Below are positions 56,561 through 64,000 of a stretch of 64,000 bases of DNA, piece after piece; positions within the stretch are counted from its first letter, which is position 1, and each line of letters begins with the position of its first letter. Under the pieces are notes generated by a model. It searched no databases. It was given only the letters and a program-made list of their open reading frames with translations, and had not been told where the DNA came from. This stretch comes from Octopus vulgaris (taxonomy: Eukaryota), in the NCBI GenBank assembly GCA_951406725.2, contig OX597823.1, forward strand, positions 15,934,001-15,998,000, read 5' to 3'. A program made the position numbers and the translations under genes.

Positions 56561-58494
56561 CTAAACAAATGTAAAGAAAACATTAAAATCTACGTAGCTA
56601 TCACGTCATGTGTTACTGTTGTTTTGGGGCCATTTGCCTATGCATACAGGTCCCCTTGTACCAACCAAATCGGGGAGACATTTGATCACAGACATTCCAA
56701 CCAAGACATAATGTGTCTTGGACAACATTTATCCAATAGGAAGTGTAGTAATTAAAACAAGCGCAATGGATAAAGTTACTCTGAAAAAAGTAAATAAACA
56801 GACGTTTCGGACATAAGCTTTTTATCAAAGAAGAGACGAGAATGTCCCGTGTTCCGGATTAATTTCACCTGCAGTATCTGAAACCCTCTCTTTCTTTTCC
56901 TCAGTAAAATGTTTGTCCCTCAAACATCAAGCTTTTATCATTCGCCACGATAGCTACGCTGATATTAACAACTGTACTTTCGCCTGGATTAACTGTTGCA
57001 AAATCAGGCCCTCGTCACTTCTCTGATTTTCGATTTTACATTTATCTAAGAGACCTGCTTTCTAAACAATATGATGTGAATTGAAGGAGACATGGTTATT
57101 ACTTCTAGCAAGTCGTTCGACCATATATGGGTTCTCTCTCTAGTTTGAATTATTTATGCAGTGATGTAAATTAACAATTAATGTAAGATAATAATAACAT
57201 AGACCAAATAAATTCATTAATTCTACTTAAGAGTTTATATCAAGTATTTCACTTTGAAATAGCTTCTCAGAAAGCTCAAATAGAGGAATAGGATGCCTGT
57301 TAGTCGTACACGGACGGTTCCATGTCGAATGTACTTAAACTTCAACAACGAAATTGATATAGCTCTAGGTACATACCACAGGGGATGTAAACTGATGTAT
57401 TCAAAATTGTTTTGAGTGATTCCGTTGTAAGTGCCAGTTTCAATTGTTGTCACGAAATCTGCTACCACTCTATCTGGAGTATGAAAGTTACACCCCTCAT
57501 ACGCTTAAAACCAAAGAAAATCAGATATGAGTGCCACTGTTAAAAATCACTGGAAATCTACTCTGATTATAATTTTGGTTAAAAAGTTTTAAAGAGAACT
57601 TAAATCTGTTAAAACATGTCTCTTAGAGTCGGTCACTTTGATATAAAACCAAATATGTATAAGGAATGGCATTGAACATTTTGGATATCTTTTACTTGGG
57701 CTTGATATCATGGCACTCCCACATTCCTGATCCTGCGATCAATATTGGTTTTCGATAACTTGTGTTGTCTTGTCTCTGGGTCATGTTAGTAGAATTTGTA
57801 TATCATTTACTCAGATTTTATAAGTCTGTAGAGTTAAACCAAATTAGTCATTTAATGATGTGTTTTTGACAATAAGTTTGAGTAAAAGAAAATCGTAAAT
57901 CACTTTATTACAAATGATATGATCAAATGCGTACACTTTTCAAATAATTATTGGAATTAAAAAAAAAACAACCTCTACACTCTGGAATCAGAGTGTCTTT
58001 CTTGAGAAATATGCATAATTCTTATTATATCGAAAATGCACGAGACAAAATTATATTAAAATTTGAACACTTCGGTTCACAAATCAGCTTTCTCTCTGAG
58101 AGTTGTATTATTTTACACCAATAATAACCCATGGTGGATTAAAAGTTGAATGTTGATGCTAGTCAAATTGATCTCTCTTTCAAGCCGAGTTACCTATTTT
58201 TCGTAACGAGTCTGGCTGTGAGTGTGTGAATAGCTTATGCTCGAAGGTTTACCTTAGATTTGATTCTTATACGGAATTAATGGAGTCAACGCTAGCACCA
58301 TTGTGCAAATTAGAATAATTTAATTCTACCTGAAACTGTGTATAACTTGTTACTTGCTACTATTTTCCATTTAACTTTACTTCGGAGTATACTTTTCATA
58401 GTTAACTTTAAAAAATGTGCATTTCTTTAAAAACGCAGTCCCATAATTTTACTTTACACATTTACAATTATTATAGCCGGATGGACACACACAC

Positions 58495-58557
<63 letters not shown>

Positions 58558-59053
58558 GGCTTTATGAAAATAAACAAAAGAGAGGTGGAAACAAACGAAC
58601 AATTGTATTAGTATGGCCTCAGAAATATAAATAAAACAAATATATATATATATATCACGTGATCACGTGACCGACCAGGCTATCAGATGTTGCTACACAT
58701 CGCTGGTCACAATGCGCTTCGCATTGTTTTAGCCTTCATATACTTATATTTCATATTGTCCAAAGAAAAATAGAAAGCGACTGCTCAAACTGATCAGTCT
58801 GATACGGATTGATTTGTGACAGTTAACGATTATGGGTTTGAAATGCAATAGATATTATGACGGGATGATAAGTGTTCGCACGTGGAAGGTTTGAGTGGCT
58901 GTTTCAGTAGGATAGGCTCAGAAACGACACGGCATTGGCTTGAGTTTGAGATTACAGTATGTTGAATTATGTGATCTATAACCCGTATATGTATAGCATC
59001 TGCTTCGTCTCAGATATGCGACCAATACTCCAATTTAAGCAACAACTCTGACT

Positions 59054-59115
<62 letters not shown>

Positions 59116-60042
59116 GTGTGCGTTCTGAGTGTGTGAGTGTGAGGTCATTTGTGAGGTCGTTCATGGATGTTACTGGTGACATGGAATTGTGCAACCTGTT
59201 GTTTGGTCGAATCGCTGGAGTCTAAGCCGGGTACCCAACTTTGCTTTGTCTGGCGATAAGGGTTGCTAGAAACCCAGCGGGACTAAAAACAAGGCCTATC
59301 AAAAGGACGGATGAACCTAGTATAGGTTCAACGACTATCTAGGAATAGCGCGGGTCCTCAGAAATTCTGGTTTGGTGTCTGGCGTGCTGAATGACCACTG
59401 GCGGTGAGGCACCCCTTAACTTTTGATAAAACATGTCTCTTGGAGTCGGTCACTTTGATATAAAACCAAATATGTATAAGGAATGGCATTGAACATTTTG
59501 GGTATCTTTTACTTGGGCTTGATATCATGACACTCCCACATTCCTGATCCTGCGATCAATATTGGTATTCGATAACTTGTGTTGTCTGTCTCTGGGTCAT
59601 GTTAGTAGAATGGAGAGGGTCTGTGAGGTGCTGTGCAAGCCTTACTGTACCCAAAATTTTGGTTTGTGCAATAGCCGGTGAGGAAACAAACTGATATTTG
59701 GTGGAATGGGGGGGGGGGCACCGCGGCGAGCAAGGAAGCTGCGGGCGCGAACTCGAGGGAAACCGACTGCTGGTGCAATAACCTCATGCACAGGCGTTGC
59801 TGGCATTTTGCTTGGGAAATGGTCAGTGATGATCCTCCTCGCTCACGGGTGAACAGCCATCATGTATGTGTGTGTGTATGTATGTATGTATGTATGTATT
59901 TATGTATGTATGTATGTATGTATGTATGTATGTATGTATGTATGCATGTATGTATGCATGTATGTATGCATACATATATGTAAATAATATATTTATGTAC
60001 ACGCACACATATATACATGCATATATATATTTGCATATACAT

Positions 60043-60073
<31 letters not shown>

Positions 60074-60327
60074 AATATACATATATATATGTATATAACA
60101 TATTTACATACATACATGTATAAGTATATATATGCATACACACACACCCACTCTTACACACACACACGGGCACACATATTCATACGTACATACACACATA
60201 GACACATACCTCAGTAGATGTTTGAACACTTAATATTTTTCTGTTTATACTGTTTCTGAGATATCCTGCCCATTTTTATAGCCTCCCATTGGGAATATTG
60301 ATATTTTCAATCGGTTGAAGTTATATA

Positions 60328-60745
60328 CTCTCTCTTTTACTCTTTTACTTGTTTCAGTCATTTGACTGCGGCCATGCTGGAGCACTGCCTTTAGTCGAGC
60401 AAATCGACCCCGGGACTTATTCTTTGTAAGCCCAGTACTTATTCTATCGGTCTCTTTTGACGAACCGCTAAGTGACGGGGACGTAAACACACCAGCATCG
60501 GTTGTCAAGCAATGCTAGGGGGACAAACACAGACACAACACATATACACACACACTTATATATATATACATATACATATATACGACAGGCTTCTTTCAGT
60601 TTCCGTCTACCAAATCCACTCACAAGGCATTGGTCGGCCCGGGGCTATAGCAGAAGACACTTGCCCAAGATGCCACGCAGTGGGACTGAACCCAGAACCA
60701 TTTGGTTGGTTAGCAAGCTACTTACCACACAGCCACTCCTGCGCT
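60328..60745 (-). mobile_element. SINE family C
   Basis: Near-identical to 61158-61572. Confidence 0.88.
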
Positions 60746-61157
60746 TATATGGAGATTTTATTATTTTATTTTATTCCTTATTCAACAGAATTGAAACCGA
60801 ATCGCTGACACAACATACCGAGAGTTCGATACCTTCTTTACTGGCCACATGATGTAAATTGATCCCAATAGTGGTGATTGGGAGAATCGGTATTGAGCTG
60901 TATTAACCAAAGTGTGGTAACTAATTATACCTCTTTATTATTGCTCAGATGAAATATGTACTACAGTCAAACAATGAAGTTTGTTTATTCGTCGACACAA
61001 CTTGTATATTTTTACTTGGTTGATTTTACCTCTCTGAGCAAATCCTGGTAACAAATACAATGAAACTAGTCAGAACGATCCTGTTTCTTAGCTTTTGATA
61101 GCCGTCTGGTTAAACCACAGTGCAATCAGGAGTCATTTTGCGATGAGACTGAATATA

Positions 61158-61572
61158 TCTCTTTTACTCTTTTACTTGTTTCAGTCATTTGACTGCGGCC
61201 ATGCTGGAGCACCGCCTCCAGTCGAGCAAATCGACCCCGGGACTTATTCTTTGTAAGCCCAGTACTTATTCTATCGGTCTCTTTTGCCGAACCGCTAAGT
61301 GACGGGGACGTAAACACACCAGCATCGGTTGTCAAGCAATGCTAGGGGGACAAACACAGACACACACACACACATACATACATATATATATATATGTATA
61401 CATATATACGACAGGCTTCTTTCAGTTTCCGTCTACCAAATCCACTCACAAGGCATTGGTCGGCCCGGGGCTATAGCAGAAGACACTTGCCCAAGATGCC
61501 ACGCAGTGGGACTAAACCCGGAACCATGTGGTTGGTTAGCAAGCTACTTACCACACAGCCACTCCTGCGCCT
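61158..61572 (-). mobile_element. SINE family C
   Basis: Near-identical to 60328-60745. Confidence 0.88.
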
Positions 61573-62248
61573 AGGTAAATATGTTTAAATATTTTGATAT
61601 GCCACCAAATATTTTCACATAACCTTTGATATTTGGGTACACAAATAATTAACGTCATGCTGTCGACCGCGTATCATTGTGTAAAATATGATGTGTCATT
61701 CATAGCTTTGCTTACATTTTCATATGTGAATTTTCTTTACTGGCTCGCGGTGTGTCAGAAGAGTAAAAAAAATGCATTCTGATGAAGAAGAAATTCGACG
61801 AAGCTAATTTAATTTCAGAGCGAAATTGGTTGAATTTTTTCATCATTGGTTGACAGTATTGTAGAGACAGTAACTTAACCATCTTTGCTGTGTCTAGGCT
61901 GTTTCCAGAAGCAAATACCTAGCCTAAGATACACGTACCCCCTTCTCACTCATGCATCCACCTGGAACAAAAAGACAAGCCAATACATTCGCAGCATCCA
62001 TGGAACCGCTAGGAATGCCATATCTTGGTTAAGTATAGCCGTTCATATCTGCTTTAAGGCCCTCCCTCCTGATTTTCTGTAGGGGTTTACTCCCTTACAG
62101 CGAGATTAAATATATATTTATGAAACAAATATCACTCTGTATACAGACTTATTCCGAAAGTAATCAATAGAGTTCGAGAAAACACGCGGTGGTTTCCGTT
62201 GACAGTCAATGGATATAAAGAATATATTTATGTATAAAGACCACATAC

Positions 62249-62434
62249 CATTGTAGAGAAAGGTGTTAGTGTGACCACCGATTACAATATCAACACCTTC
62301 CACTTCTCGTGCAATTTTCTTATCCATTTCAATTCCTGCGTGACCTAAAGCTATGATACGGTTGACACCTTCTTTCTGAAGTTCCTTCACCTGCTGTCTT
62401 ACGCTTTCCACTTCATCCAAAAATACAACTGGAT
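62249..62434 (-). CDS. NT5E: 5'-nucleotidase (CD73-like) internal exon, first visible in window
   Basis: Acceptor ttttttgtag, donor gtatgt; 186 bp, phase 1-1. Encodes PVVFLDEVESVRQQVKELQKEGVNRIIALGHAGIEMDKKIAREVEGVDIVIGGHTNTFLYNG, with the ALGH and GGHTN metal-binding motifs of 5'-nucleotidases. Confidence 0.93.
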
Positions 62435-62616
62435 CTACAAAAAAAAAAAGAAGAAAATATAAATAAAATTATTTAGTGAACAAATGAGGATTTCCAGCAT
62501 AAATAAAAAAAAACCCCTCACAATTTAAGGAGAGACGAGAGAGTTGGTTAGCTTGACTCCTCTATTTGACTGGTACTTTATATTCATTGTTCTGGAAGGA
62601 GCAGAATACAAAGTAT

Positions 62617-62843
62617 ACTCTTACTCTTTTACTCTTTTACTTGTTTCAGTCATTTGACTGCGGCCATGCTGGAGCACCACCTTTTTAGTCGAGCAAATCG
62701 ACCCCAGGAATTATTCTCTGTAAGCCTAGTACTTATTCTATCGGTCTTTTTGCCGAACCGCTAAGTTACGGGGACGTAAACACACCAGCATCGGTTGTCA
62801 AGCGATGTTGGGGGGACACACACAGACACACACACACACACAG

Positions 62844-62930
<87 letters not shown>

Positions 62931-63098
62931 TATACGACGGGCTTCTTTCAGTTTCCGTCTACCAAATCCACTCACAAGGCTTTGGTCGACCCGAGGCTAT
63001 AGTAGAAGACACTTGCCCAAGGTGCCACGCAGTGGGACTGAACCTGGAACCATGTGGTTGGTAAGCAAGCTACTTACCACACAGCCACTCCTACGCCT
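62617..63098 (-). mobile_element. SINE family C
   Basis: Same head, body and (AAAGAGTA)n tail; another copy starts on + at about 63952. Confidence 0.88.
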
Positions 63099-64000
63099 AT
63101 ATATTTCGATTCAATTCGAATTGAGAACGTAAAGGGACGTATCAGGTAAATTCCATAAGTAATTTGGTAAAATGAAACGAAAAGCAAATTCACTTGCAAT
63201 AACAAACGAAGTAGGATTTAGTGGGAGGAGTATAGAAAAGAGAAGTTACCACGGTTGTGATAGCTCAAGTAATAAAAGCAGCAGCTGACCAACTGGGGAG
63301 GAGTGCACATCATCCCAGGAAATAACCAAGACGATATAAAAAAAAGAACTGGAAGAGCCCTAGCCATACGTAAAATACCTCGCAATTGGTTCAAGTATTT
63401 GAAGCGTACAGAGTGTTGGTAAAAATATTTAGAAAGATACTGATAGAACGGTAAAAGAGATTTGACTACTTACTGAGGATGAAAACCATTTTAGTACCTG
63501 TGGCTAAGTAAATAGTAAACCTTAGAAACTGAAGCTTTGTTACAGTTTACAAAGTCTTGAAAGTTTGATACCACATGAGATAATTAGATACCACGAACAA
63601 AAAAAAACATTTCCTGAAGAACAGGCATGTAGTAAGGATTCATATGGCTATAAAGGTCAATTATTGATCATCGGAGGTTATTCGCATGGCATTGGTTGAT
63701 TACGTGAAGGCTACACCTGTTAATGAGCAGATACATTAAACTTGAACAGCCTACAAACACTCCTGCAAATACATATAAGGGAGTTATAAAACACTAACCC
63801 TTCCTTAAATTCTGACTATAAAATATCGTGGTGATTGACTCAGACTGGACCCTGATGCAAAGGCTATGGGCGGATTAATACTACAGAGATTAGAAAACTG
63901 CGCTTATGCAATCTTGAAGAGAGGGAAATTAACGCTAATGTCATGTTAGGTAAAGGGCTGTGTGGTAAGTAGCTTGCTAACCAACCACATGGTTCCAGGT

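Noticed and set aside
59611-59860. HDV-like ribozyme suggested by TCCTCCTCGC
   Set aside because: I could not build P1, P1.1, P2 and P3 consistently on either strand.
63200-63940. Possible coding fragment near the right edge
   Set aside because: Heavily decayed RT-like remnants (KGQLLI, WLDY-like) of a Dong/R4-type LINE; not an NT5E exon and too degraded to delimit.

Overview
AT-rich, microsatellite-dense animal genomic DNA. The SINE families, (TA)n load and intron sizes suggest an octopus or other coleoid cephalopod, which is an inference. One host gene is present: seven minus-strand exons (62434 to 15916) splice with GT-AG, all phase 1, into the C-terminal part of an ecto-5'-nucleotidase (CD73/NT5E-like) ending in a GPI-type signal; the N-terminal exons lie beyond the right edge. 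The rest is mobile DNA: Penelope-like elements (PLEs) and their fold-back fragments in (TA)n, Dong/R4-type LINE fragments in (TAA)n, CR1-like LINE 3' ends, non-autonomous Helitrons, a Tc1 fragment, a piggyBac-like MITE, several tRNA-derived SINE families and fold-back elements. The most notable observation is a set of type I hammerhead-ribozyme motifs in different PLE-type families. Their cores covary at the 3:8 pair (C3:G8, G3:C8, U3:A8), and some have very long stem II. One sits in a non-coding 475-bp retrozyme-like unit. All folds and coordinates were read by eye and need computational and in vitro confirmation.
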